Origin: Archangium sp.
Lineage (GTDB): Bacteria > Myxococcota > Myxococcia > Myxococcales > Myxococcaceae
DNA length: 11,244 nt
NCBI GenBank assembly: GCA_031367385.1
Contig: JANLPS010000421.1
Span: 1 to 11,244 of the forward strand
Direction of reading: 5' to 3'
How positions within the stretch are numbered: position 1 is the first letter of the stretch; each line of letters opens with the position of its first letter. This document shows, piece by piece, positions 1 to 7,273 of this stretch. The notes beneath the pieces were generated by a model that was not told the origin of the DNA, did no database searches, and saw nothing but the letters and a program-made list of their open reading frames with translations. A program made the position numbers and the translations under genes.

Positions 1-830
1 GCGGCGCCAGGCACGAGGCCGTTCTTCGTGTGGCAGCTGATGCAGAAGTCAGTGCCGTGGCAGCGGGCGCACGAGGTCTCGTCAGCGCGAGCCTCGACCG
101 GGTGACGGCTCAGAAAGTCGTTGCGGTGAATGAACATGCGGTCGACCCGCTCCGGCAAAATCGCTTCGATGCGCGTGCTGACGGTCTTCGCGTGGCACTC
201 GCTGCAGAAGGTCTGCTCGTGACAGGTTTCGCAGGCTGCTCCGGCCGAGTGCGCTTCATTGCCGTGCCGCTTCAAGAAGTCGCCGCGGTGACTGAAAGCG
301 GCGACCGGCTTGAGCGGGTACTTCGTCAAATCTTGGTGGCAGACCGAGCAGTTGCCCGCCTCGTACTGGGCCTTGTGCTCGTGGCAGTTCAGGCACGAGT
401 CCATCGTGGGGGGCGTCACTTGGGTGACCAACGGCTCCGGCAGCGAGGTGTGACAGACCGAGCAGTCTTCTTTGACGCGCTCGATGTGCTCGGCGTGGTT
501 CATCTTGAGCTCGCGCTTGGGCGGCGAAAACGTCTTCGGGTGCTCGGGGCTCGTGTGACAGAACGCGCAGTTGCCCTTCTGCTTTTCTTCTTTGTGGCAG
601 CTCAGACACTTTTTCTCGGTGGGGAGATCGACCGTCGAGAGGGTCGTCGACTCGAAGATGGTCTCGTGGCACGTGGCGCAATCGACGTCGGCTTTGGCGT
701 GGCGCGCGTGCGGCACGATGATGTGGTCAGCTCCACGTGCGAAGAGGCCGGTCAGCCCCGCGCAGGCAGCCAGAACCACCGCGCCCACCGCGAGCGGCAT
801 GCGTCGATTCAGAAAACGAGGGGCCGTCAT
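1..830 (-). CDS. Multiheme c-type cytochrome lipoprotein (cytochrome c3/c7-like repeats, at least 10 hemes), 3' end outside window
   Basis: Manual translation from the ATG at 830, which overlaps the porin stop as ATGA: MTAPRFLNRRMPLAVGAVVLAAC (LAAC lipobox, Cys23), then CATCH, CLSCH, CAFCH, CSVCH, CLNCH, CSVCH, CETCH, CSECH, CARCH, CISCH with interspersed distal His. The frame is open to the window edge. Not listed in the ORF track. Confidence 0.95.
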   Translation of the reverse strand, partial: MTAPRFLNRRMPLAVGAVVLAACAGLTGLFARGADHIIVPHARHAKADVDCATCHETIFESTTLSTVDLPTEKKCLSCHKEEKQKGNCAFCHTSPEHPKTFSPPKRELKMNHAEHIERVKEDCSVCHTSLPEPLVTQVTPPTMDSCLNCHEHKAQYEAGNCSVCHQDLTKYPLKPVAAFSHRGDFLKRHGNEAHSAGAACETCHEQTFCSECHAKTVSTRIEAILPERVDRMFIHRNDFLSRHPVEARADETSCARCHGTDFCISCHTKNGLVPGA

Positions 831-2065
831 TGGAGTGAACCCCCACGGGGAAAGGTGTACGTGACTTTGCCCATCAGCTCGACGCGGCCGACGGCGTAGG
901 GCGTTGAACCCGCGAAGCAGGCGACGCTGGCGAACCATGCGGGTGCGAATTGCCAGCCGACGGTGGCCGAGCCCGACACCGAGGTGGTTCTGCCGCGAAT
1001 GGCCTGATCGAGCACGTAGGTCTCGACGTCGAGTGAGAAGCCGAGCCCGTTGGGCAGCACATGGCGCCCGCCAACCCTGGCCTGGGTCAGCCCCGCCGAG
1101 GGCACGTACATGCGGCGAAACGTGACTGACGCATTGGTCGTTCGCGACCACGGGGCAGTGACGGCGGCCCGCGCGAGCAGCTCGTAGCCAGACTCGGAGT
1201 TGACCCAGAGCGCGCGGCCGTCGGCGAACACCGAAAGCGCACGGTTGACCTGGTAGCTCAGCTCGAGGCCAAGGTCGTCTCGAGAGGTGTCTGCGAAGAC
1301 GCTGAAGATCGAATCACGCGACAAAAACAAGTCGGGCGCCGTGCGCCGGTAGCCGACTGACAGATCGAGGTCGGGCAGGGGTTGCCAGTGCGGGCCGACG
1401 TGAAATTCTTCGAGGCGCTTGTCGGCGATGCTCCACGCGAGGGCGGCCGAGGCGTTGAGCTTTTTCGAGAACGCCCAGCGACCGTCGACGCCCACGTCTT
1501 GGCGAATGACCGCGTCGCCCTTGGTAACATTGAGAATCGAGACGCCGACCTGGCCGTCGTAGAGAGGCGACCACGAGGCTCGGGCGCCCATGCTCAAGCC
1601 GCCGTGTACATAGTTCGCGAAGCGGGCGACCACGGGCTCGCCGATGAAGGCCGAGAGCCCCAGGTTCGCCGGGCCTCTCACGTTGGCCCAGACGCCGTCG
1701 ATGAATTGAGCGCGGGCGACGCCGCCAGACACGAACTGTCGGCCGAGACGGAGTTGGAGGTGCCTGTGGAACGTCGACCCTTCGACGTAGAGCAGCGTGA
1801 TGTCGCCCGACAGCGGCGAGGGCGGCGAGGAGGGCAGGGTGAGCGCTCCCCAGGCGTCGAGCGTCACACCGACATCGTCGAACAGCGGTGTCTCAAGCCG
1901 ACGCACGTGCAGCCCGACGAGCTCACGCAGCGGCACCATGGTCTGGTTCGGGCCCGCGCGCGGGTCTGGTGCGGCGCTGATCATGCTGGTCGAGTTGACC
2001 TCGACATCGGCCCACGACGGAGCACCCACCAACAAAGCAGCCAGGCACAGTCGCCTCGATGTCAT
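827..2065 (-). CDS. Predicted outer-membrane beta-barrel (porin of a porin-cytochrome conduit), 412 aa
   Basis: Signal peptide (MTSRRLCLAALLVGAPSWA). Many alternating amphipathic strands (LQLRLGRQF, DLSVGYRR, LGLELSYQV, ATVGWQF) and a near-terminal GKVTYTF beta-signal-like strand. AGGAGG RBS at 2074-2079. Translationally coupled to the multiheme gene. Confidence 0.8.
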   Translation of the reverse strand: MTSRRLCLAALLVGAPSWADVEVNSTSMISAAPDPRAGPNQTMVPLRELVGLHVRRLETPLFDDVGVTLDAWGALTLPSSPPSPLSGDITLLYVEGSTFHRHLQLRLGRQFVSGGVARAQFIDGVWANVRGPANLGLSAFIGEPVVARFANYVHGGLSMGARASWSPLYDGQVGVSILNVTKGDAVIRQDVGVDGRWAFSKKLNASAALAWSIADKRLEEFHVGPHWQPLPDLDLSVGYRRTAPDLFLSRDSIFSVFADTSRDDLGLELSYQVNRALSVFADGRALWVNSESGYELLARAAVTAPWSRTTNASVTFRRMYVPSAGLTQARVGGRHVLPNGLGFSLDVETYVLDQAIRGRTTSVSGSATVGWQFAPAWFASVACFAGSTPYAVGRVELMGKVTYTFPRGGSLQ

Positions 2066-2073
2066 CAGCCGGC

Positions 2074-2079
2074 CCTCCT
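2074..2079 (-). promoter_or_regulatory. Shine-Dalgarno site of the beta-barrel gene
   Basis: AGGAGG on the minus strand, 8 nt upstream of the ATG at 2065. Confidence 0.75.
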
Positions 2080-2095
2080 GGGCGAAGACGAAGCG

Positions 2096-2443
2096 CTACT
2101 TGAGCTCGCGAATCAGAGCGACCAACGCGTCGGCTTCACCGGGCTTGAGCTCGTCCTTGAAGGCGTCCATCTCCTGCTTGACGCCTCCCTTTTCTTTCGT
2201 CACGCCGTCGAGAATCGCCTTCTTCAAGTCGGCGTCGCTCGTCTTCTGAAATTCAGCCGAGGTCATGTCGCGAAGCTGAAGCTTCTGACCCTTTTCGGTC
2301 TTGCCCTTGCCGTCTTTGCCGTGGCAGCTCGCGCACTTCGAGCCCCAAAGGCGTTCGATTTTTTTGTCAGCGGCCGACGCGTCGTTCGACACCAGCATCG
2401 AAGTGGCGATCGCGATTGCTGCGAGAAGATTGGTTTTCTTCAT
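2096..2443 (-). CDS. Periplasmic monoheme class I cytochrome c (c6/c553-like), about 115 aa
   Basis: Start placed at the ATG at 2443 (GAGGGT upstream). Sec signal MKKTNLLAAIAIATSMLVSNDASA, a single CASCH, a distal Met (QEMDAF), C-terminal helix EADALVALIREL. Very Lys-rich. Confidence 0.92.
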   Translation of the reverse strand: MKKTNLLAAIAIATSMLVSNDASAADKKIERLWGSKCASCHGKDGKGKTEKGQKLQLRDMTSAEFQKTSDADLKKAILDGVTKEKGGVKQEMDAFKDELKPGEADALVALIRELK

Positions 2444-2545
2444 GGTGATCACCCTCGAGTGTGTTCGAGCCACCCTACGCTCAAAGTTGGTTTGCGCCAG
2501 AGCCGAAGCGACGATGTTTCATCTGCGTTGGTGCTCTCTTCGCGC

Positions 2546-2601
2546 CGCGCATTTCTTGCGCGCGAAACGGCAATTTCCGCTGCGAGAACGCACATTTTGC
2601 G
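2546..2601. promoter_or_regulatory. Pair of CGCA-N5-TGCG palindromes in the divergent intergenic region (candidate transcription-factor sites)
   Basis: CGCGCA-TTTCT-TGCGCG at 2546-2562 and CGCA-CATTT-TGCG at 2589-2601, centres 41 bp apart. The same core occurs at 5657-5677. Confidence 0.45.
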
Positions 2602-2739
2602 CCGGTGAAATGCCGATGCGTTCGTCTCTCGATTCTTCTCAGTCTCAATGCAGTTGGCCGCTTGTTAATTTGTGCGAACAGAATTACCGCTGATCTGCGC
2701 GAAGCAGCTTGTTCACTCACTCTTCGCCAGGAGCCGACC

Positions 2740-5538
2740 ATGACTGCGAACCGGTACACGCGTGTGACGGCGATGTTTTTTCTTGCGACGTTGGCGGGGC
2801 CAGCGTGCTCTGGGCCTGCGAGCTCACCTGGCAAGCCATGCACGGTGACGGCGAATGACAATGGTACCGCGACCGTGTTGTGCCCCGATGGCAGCAAGAC
2901 GATTCTGACCAACGGTGCCAACGGCACGAATGGCACGATCGGAGTCAACGGCACGAACGGCACCTCGTGCTCGTTGTTCGTCAGCGATGCGGGCGGCAAG
3001 ACCATCACCTGCACCGATGGCACGAGCGTCACCGTGACCGACGGTCAAAACGGAGTCGATGGCAACGCGATGATCGATTTTTCTACCCTCACGCCCGTAG
3101 AGCAGAATGGCCTCGACCTCTCGGTGACCGTGAGCAGCATCACCAACGACGCGCGCCCGGTCGCGACATTCGCCGTGCGCAACTCGAAGGGCCAGCCGGT
3201 GAAGAACATCCCCCCTGCTGACTTCTCGGGGTTGGCGCTGCTGCAGTTGGTGCCCGGTGACCTGGGCCCCACCGGCAACGGCGTCGCCAACGACACGTGG
3301 GTTTCGCACATCACCAATTGCGCGACCTGCGTAACGTCGACCGAGACGGCCAACGCTGCACAGTTGATTGACGCTGCCAACGGTACCTATCGGTACACCT
3401 TCGCCAAAGACATCAAGAACCCGACCCCGTACGACGGCGGTCAGGCCATCGCTGGAGTGGCCTTCGACGCCAATGCGGTGCATCGGTTCGGCATGCGCAT
3501 CGCCACCAGCAGCAACTCATTTCGACCCGTCGACGTCGTCTATGACTACGTGCCGGCCACGGGCGCGGTGGTGACTGGCGAGAACGACAAGGTGGCGACC
3601 GCGACGTGCCTTGGCTGCCATCAGCAGTGGCGTGCGAACCCGCTCAACGCCGGCGGCGTCACTCCGTTTCACAACGGTCAGCGCTACGAAGTGCAGTACT
3701 GCGTGGTGTGTCACAACGAGCAACGCAAGTATTCGGGCACGCTGATCTCTGGCAACTCGGTCATCGCCGAGCCCACCATCGATGGCGAGGGCATGATGAC
3801 TCCGCCCAGTGGGCAGACCAGCGTTCGGGTGCTCAAGGGCCAAGCGGTGCTGCACCTGCCGGTGTTCATTCACAAGATTCACATGGGCGATCGGCTGACG
3901 CTGAAGGGCCCGTACGCGGGCCTCGGCACCGAGCTGAATGAAATCGCCTTCCCCCAGAGCCCCGCGAACTGCAAGACGTGCCACATCAACGCCGCGCTGG
4001 CTGATCACTGGCAAGGCCAGCCCAGCCGCCGCGCGTGTGGCTCGTGCCATGACGCCGTCGACTTCGTGACTGGCGCGAATCACACTGGAGGGCCGCAAGC
4101 CGACGATAAGGTGTGCGCTGTGTGTCACAGCCAGGCTGGCATCGCCGCGGCCCACGTGCCGCTCGAGCCGCCAGACCCGGCGAATATTTATTCGACTCCG
4201 GTCGGGGGCAACAACTACACCAACGCGTCGTGGTTGGGCAACCCGCTCACCCCGCCGCCGGGCGCGAAGGTCGTTTCGTACTCGATGCCGAAGAGCGCGG
4301 TGAGCACCGTTGACGCAGGCGCTGGCAACGTCTTCGCAAGAGTGAAGTTTGTGTTTTTGATCAACGATGCAGGCGTGGTGTTCAACGCGTCGAACGGTAC
4401 CAATGAGTTGATCGACGGCTTCACCGGCTCGCCGAGCGTCACGTGTGCGTTCGCGATGCCGCAAGATGGGCTCGCTGCTCCGGGCGATTTCAATGTGCAG
4501 ATCAACGGCTATCTGAAGACCCTCTGGCGAGGCACGGCGACTGGAGCGGGAGCGGGCAACCTGACGGGGCCAGACACCAGCGGGTACTACACGGCGACGC
4601 TGACCGGCGTGGCGATACCGCCCGCTGCGACGATGCTGACCTGCGGCGTGGGCTACAGCTACGCGCTCGCCGCCACCCAACCCCTGACGCAGATCGATTT
4701 GCCGGGCGAGCTGGCGTACGACGCTGGCACCAGGGTCGGTGGGCTGAGCGTGCCCGCGGCGAACATCTGGCAAGTGGCCGCTGGCTACACCGGGCGCCGG
4801 GGCTCGACCAACAGCGCGGTGGCCGCAGGGCAAATCGTCAGCACGGCCAAGTGCAACAACTGCCACAACCGGCTCGGCGTCGCGCCGACCTTTCACGTAG
4901 GGCAGCGAAACGATGCCCCGACGTGCTCGTTCTGCCACACGCCCAACAAAACCAGCAGCGGCTGGTCGGCCGGCTCAGAGAGCTTCGTGCACGCGATTCA
5001 CGGTGCTGGGGTGCGACGAGTCCCCTTCAACTGGCACGCGATCTCTGAAGACGAGGGCTTCTACAAGATCGCTTTCCCCGGGCGGCCTCAGCTGTGTGAG
5101 GGCTGTCACAACGCGGGGTACTTCGACTTCAGCGCTGCTTGGTACACCGACGAGCGGGTGGCGAGCCGGTTGATGCAAACGGTCGCGACTGGCACCTTCA
5201 ACAGCAGCCCGACGCTGGCCGACGGTGGCGTCAACAGCGCCTCGTGGGCGGTCTCACCGTACGTGAATGGTGACGGTGGCGTGAACTACGGAGCCGCGTA
5301 CGCCTACAACACGACCAGCATGGTGGTGACCGAGGCCTCGCCCAACACGTTGGCCAACTCACCCATCTCGAATGCGTGCTTCGGCTGCCATGACGCTCCG
5401 ACCGCGATTGCTCACATGCGCACCAATGGCGGTCTGATTTACGCGCCGAGACCCGCCGTCGCTGCGTCGACCGAGCAGTGTCTGATCTGTCACGGGCCGG
5501 GCCGCATGGCGGCTATTCGAGACGTGCACGCCCGATAG
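2740..5538 (+). CDS. OmcA/MtrC-family decaheme outer-surface cytochrome c lipoprotein, 932 aa
   Basis: ATG at 2740 with AGGAG RBS (2729-2733). Signal peptide ends in LAGPAC (Cys23). 5+5 heme layout: CLGCH, CVVCH, CKTCH, CGSCH, CAVCH, then a heme-free domain, then CNNCH, CSFCH, CEGCH, CFGCH, CLICH. Family-typical segments NGTYRYTF, FIHKIHMG, FPQSPANC, PSRRACGSCH, FVHAIH, HMRTNGG, EQCLICHGPG. Confidence 0.93.
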   Translation: MTANRYTRVTAMFFLATLAGPACSGPASSPGKPCTVTANDNGTATVLCPDGSKTILTNGANGTNGTIGVNGTNGTSCSLFVSDAGGKTITCTDGTSVTVTDGQNGVDGNAMIDFSTLTPVEQNGLDLSVTVSSITNDARPVATFAVRNSKGQPVKNIPPADFSGLALLQLVPGDLGPTGNGVANDTWVSHITNCATCVTSTETANAAQLIDAANGTYRYTFAKDIKNPTPYDGGQAIAGVAFDANAVHRFGMRIATSSNSFRPVDVVYDYVPATGAVVTGENDKVATATCLGCHQQWRANPLNAGGVTPFHNGQRYEVQYCVVCHNEQRKYSGTLISGNSVIAEPTIDGEGMMTPPSGQTSVRVLKGQAVLHLPVFIHKIHMGDRLTLKGPYAGLGTELNEIAFPQSPANCKTCHINAALADHWQGQPSRRACGSCHDAVDFVTGANHTGGPQADDKVCAVCHSQAGIAAAHVPLEPPDPANIYSTPVGGNNYTNASWLGNPLTPPPGAKVVSYSMPKSAVSTVDAGAGNVFARVKFVFLINDAGVVFNASNGTNELIDGFTGSPSVTCAFAMPQDGLAAPGDFNVQINGYLKTLWRGTATGAGAGNLTGPDTSGYYTATLTGVAIPPAATMLTCGVGYSYALAATQPLTQIDLPGELAYDAGTRVGGLSVPAANIWQVAAGYTGRRGSTNSAVAAGQIVSTAKCNNCHNRLGVAPTFHVGQRNDAPTCSFCHTPNKTSSGWSAGSESFVHAIHGAGVRRVPFNWHAISEDEGFYKIAFPGRPQLCEGCHNAGYFDFSAAWYTDERVASRLMQTVATGTFNSSPTLADGGVNSASWAVSPYVNGDGGVNYGAAYAYNTTSMVVTEASPNTLANSPISNACFGCHDAPTAIAHMRTNGGLIYAPRPAVAASTEQCLICHGPGRMAAIRDVHAR
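2839..3066 (+). repeat. Two C-x13-C-x-DG modules separated by a Gly-x-y (NGT) collagen-like run at the cytochrome N-terminus
   Basis: CTVTANDNGTATVLCPDGS and CSLFVSDAGGKTITCTDGT flank NGANGTNGTIGVNGTNGT (2911-2964, degenerate 9-nt repeats). Confidence 0.75.
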
Positions 5539-5656
5539 GCCTGGTCTCAAGGTCAGGGCGTGGCATGCGATGCCGCGTCGACAGCGCTGCGCGACCAGAC
5601 TCCCTCGCTCCAGGCGTGCGAATGGCGAACGGCGAAGGGCAGCAGGAGCGTGGGGC

Positions 5657-5677
5657 CCAGCGCAAAACCTGCGCTGG
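5657..5677. promoter_or_regulatory. Perfect 8-bp-arm palindrome, candidate enhancer-binding-protein site
   Basis: CCAGCGCA-AAACC-TGCGCTGG, centred about 117 bp upstream of the start inferred from the sigma-54-like element. No U-tract follows. Confidence 0.5.
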
Positions 5678-5757
5678 AGTCAAGGTCCATGCATTCTGTG
5701 CGGCCTCGGAGATTACCGCCTAGGGGGGAGCGCCCTCTTCCACGCCCCGTCGCCGGT

Positions 5758-5773
5758 GGGCACGCGGCTCGCA
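5758..5773 (+). promoter_or_regulatory. Sigma-54 (RpoN) -24/-12-like promoter
   Basis: GGGCACG-CGGC-TCGCA versus consensus TGGCACG-N4-TTGCW, with exact GG-N10-GC spacing (GG 5759-5760, GC 5771-5772). Confidence 0.55.
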
Positions 5774-5784
5774 TCACCAGGGCC

Positions 5785-6336
5785 ATGGCCCAAGACAATC
5801 TTGAAATACCCGCAGTCGCTCCGGCGCTTCATCGAAGCCACGCGATGCATCGCGACAGCGAAGCCGCCGCGTTGGCGCTGCGCGAAGCGGAGGCCGAGCT
5901 GTTGCGGCGGAAAACCCGACGTCAGCACCAACAGGCACAGCTCTATTCGGTGGGTCGCATGCTGTTGGCGATGCTCTTCGTGGTCAGCGCGCTGGTCAAA
6001 GTCAGCACCTTCGCAGCGACCCGAGACGCGTTGGCCACCAGCGGCATCGCTGACAGCGCGTTCGTGCTGAGCGCCGGCATCACCCTCGAGCTGGTGCTCG
6101 GCGGGCTGCTGATGGTCGGCCTGCAGACCCGCGGCGTGGCGGTGGCTCTCATCGCCTACCTCGCCTGCGCGACCGTATTGGTGCTGCACGACCTGAACGT
6201 TGGCTTCAACGCGACCTTTGCCATGAACAACGTCGGGCTGTGCGGAGGCCTGCTGATGCTGATGGGCCATGGTGGCGGCGTCTGGAGCATCGACCGTCTT
6301 CTCGAGCACCGGAGCGCTCGCCAATTTCGGGCCTGA
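5785..6336 (+). CDS. DoxX-family membrane protein
   Basis: GRMLLAMLFVVSALVK...LELVLGGLLMVGLQTRGVA...NNVGLCGGLLMLMGHGGGVWSID is the DoxX pattern, with about 4 TM helices. Start uncertain (ATG 5785 preferred, 5845 alternative). Confidence 0.88.
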   Translation: MAQDNLEIPAVAPALHRSHAMHRDSEAAALALREAEAELLRRKTRRQHQQAQLYSVGRMLLAMLFVVSALVKVSTFAATRDALATSGIADSAFVLSAGITLELVLGGLLMVGLQTRGVAVALIAYLACATVLVLHDLNVGFNATFAMNNVGLCGGLLMLMGHGGGVWSIDRLLEHRSARQFRA

Positions 6337-6343
6337 GGACTCC

Positions 6344-7273
6344 ATGCGCCGCGCCCTGCAGCCGCTCGACATCACTCTGCGGCATGGCCGCCTGTACCAG
6401 TGGGTGCGCCGGCTCTTCTTGGGTTTCTCGGTCTCACTGACCTTTTTCTTGCCGCTGTGGCACTTGCACGCCGGTGACGTGGTTGGCAGCGGCCTCGCCG
6501 GTGACAGGCCGTGGGCTGGCCTGGCTTCGCTCCTGCCTGATCGCGCGCCGCCGCTGATCGGGGCCCCCACGTCGATCTCCTTCTTCGGCGTCGAGCTGCT
6601 CGACCCGGCGATGGCGCTCGGAGTCGCGTTGGTTCGCGGCGTCGACATGAATTGGCTGTGGGCCGTCGGGCCGGGGCTGATACTGGTCGCGGTGCTGGGC
6701 AGGTTCTTCTGCGGGTGGGCCTGCCCCTATCTGCCAATTCTCGCCGCCAGCAACGCAGCCCGGTGGTTTCTCAGCAGGCTCGGCGTGCCGATGGCCGACC
6801 TGAAGGTGCCCCGCCTGACGTCGCGGGTCGTGCTGGTCGGCGTGCTCATCGCCACGGCGTTCACCGGCCTGCAAGTGATGCCGCTGGTCTACCCACCCGC
6901 GCTGATCGGCCGCGCTGCTTTTCACGCGATCTTCTTCGGGTCGCTCGGCCTGGGGGCGTTGCTGGTCATGGCGGCGTTTCTCTTCGACACCCTGGTGTCA
7001 CGCGCGGGGTTCTGTCGCTCGCTGTGCCCGGGCGGGGCGATGTTCTCTCTCATCGGCAGCGCGTCGGTCGTCTCGGTGAAGCGCGAGGTCTCCAAGTGCA
7101 CCGACTGCACGGTCTGCGACGTGGTGTGCAATCTCGGTCAACGCCCGATGACCGACCGGCTCGACGGCGGCTGCGAGCGCTGCGGCAAGTGCATCGCCGC
7201 GTGCCCGACCGGGGCGCTCTCCTGGGGCTTCGGCAAACCCGCGATGCTCCGCGGCTCCGCGGAGCGCCCTTGA
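6344..7273 (+). CDS. NapH/MauN-family membrane ferredoxin (quinol dehydrogenase membrane subunit), 309 aa
   Basis: ATG at 6344 after GAGGA. TM helices, two CxxxCP motifs (GRFFCGWACP, FCRSLCPGG) and two C-terminal 4Fe-4S motifs (CTDCTVCDVVC, CERCGKCIAACP). Confidence 0.9.
   Translation: MRRALQPLDITLRHGRLYQWVRRLFLGFSVSLTFFLPLWHLHAGDVVGSGLAGDRPWAGLASLLPDRAPPLIGAPTSISFFGVELLDPAMALGVALVRGVDMNWLWAVGPGLILVAVLGRFFCGWACPYLPILAASNAARWFLSRLGVPMADLKVPRLTSRVVLVGVLIATAFTGLQVMPLVYPPALIGRAAFHAIFFGSLGLGALLVMAAFLFDTLVSRAGFCRSLCPGGAMFSLIGSASVVSVKREVSKCTDCTVCDVVCNLGQRPMTDRLDGGCERCGKCIAACPTGALSWGFGKPAMLRGSAERP

Noticed and set aside
30..899. 289-aa plus-strand ORF
   Set aside because: Antisense shadow of the minus-strand multiheme gene. 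Its recurring VA/VT-type dipeptides are reverse-complemented Cys-His codons.
827..2065. Calling this mtrB
   Set aside because: Much shorter than MtrB/PioB, and the partner cytochrome is not MtrA-like in heme spacing.
2589..2605. Minus-strand CCGGCGCAAAATGTGCG as a sigma-54 promoter for the cytochrome-porin operon
   Set aside because: GG-N10-GC spacing is present but the flanks match poorly, and the palindrome motif explains the site equally well.
1382..2608. 408-aa plus-strand ORF
   Set aside because: Antisense to the beta-barrel and monoheme genes, with no recognisable motifs. Long shadow ORFs are expected at high GC.
2461..2739. 93-aa N-terminal extension of the decaheme ORF in the track
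   Set aside because: The RBS and lipoprotein signal begin at ATG 2740. The upstream part is AT-richer intergenic DNA containing palindromes.
3319..3333. CATCV as an eleventh heme site
   Set aside because: It has no His ligand and lies in the heme-free domain I, so a disulfide is more likely.
3517..4938. 473-aa minus-strand ORF
   Set aside because: Antisense shadow of the decaheme gene.
5558..5578. Hairpin GCGTGGCAT-GCG-ATGCCGCGT after the decaheme stop as an intrinsic terminator
   Set aside because: Needs G-U pairs, has a 3-nt loop and no U-tract. Support is insufficient.
6652..7269. N-terminal half of the 400-aa track ORF
   Set aside because: Out-of-frame overlap with the napH-like gene, Arg-rich and without motifs. 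The real start is TTG 7270.
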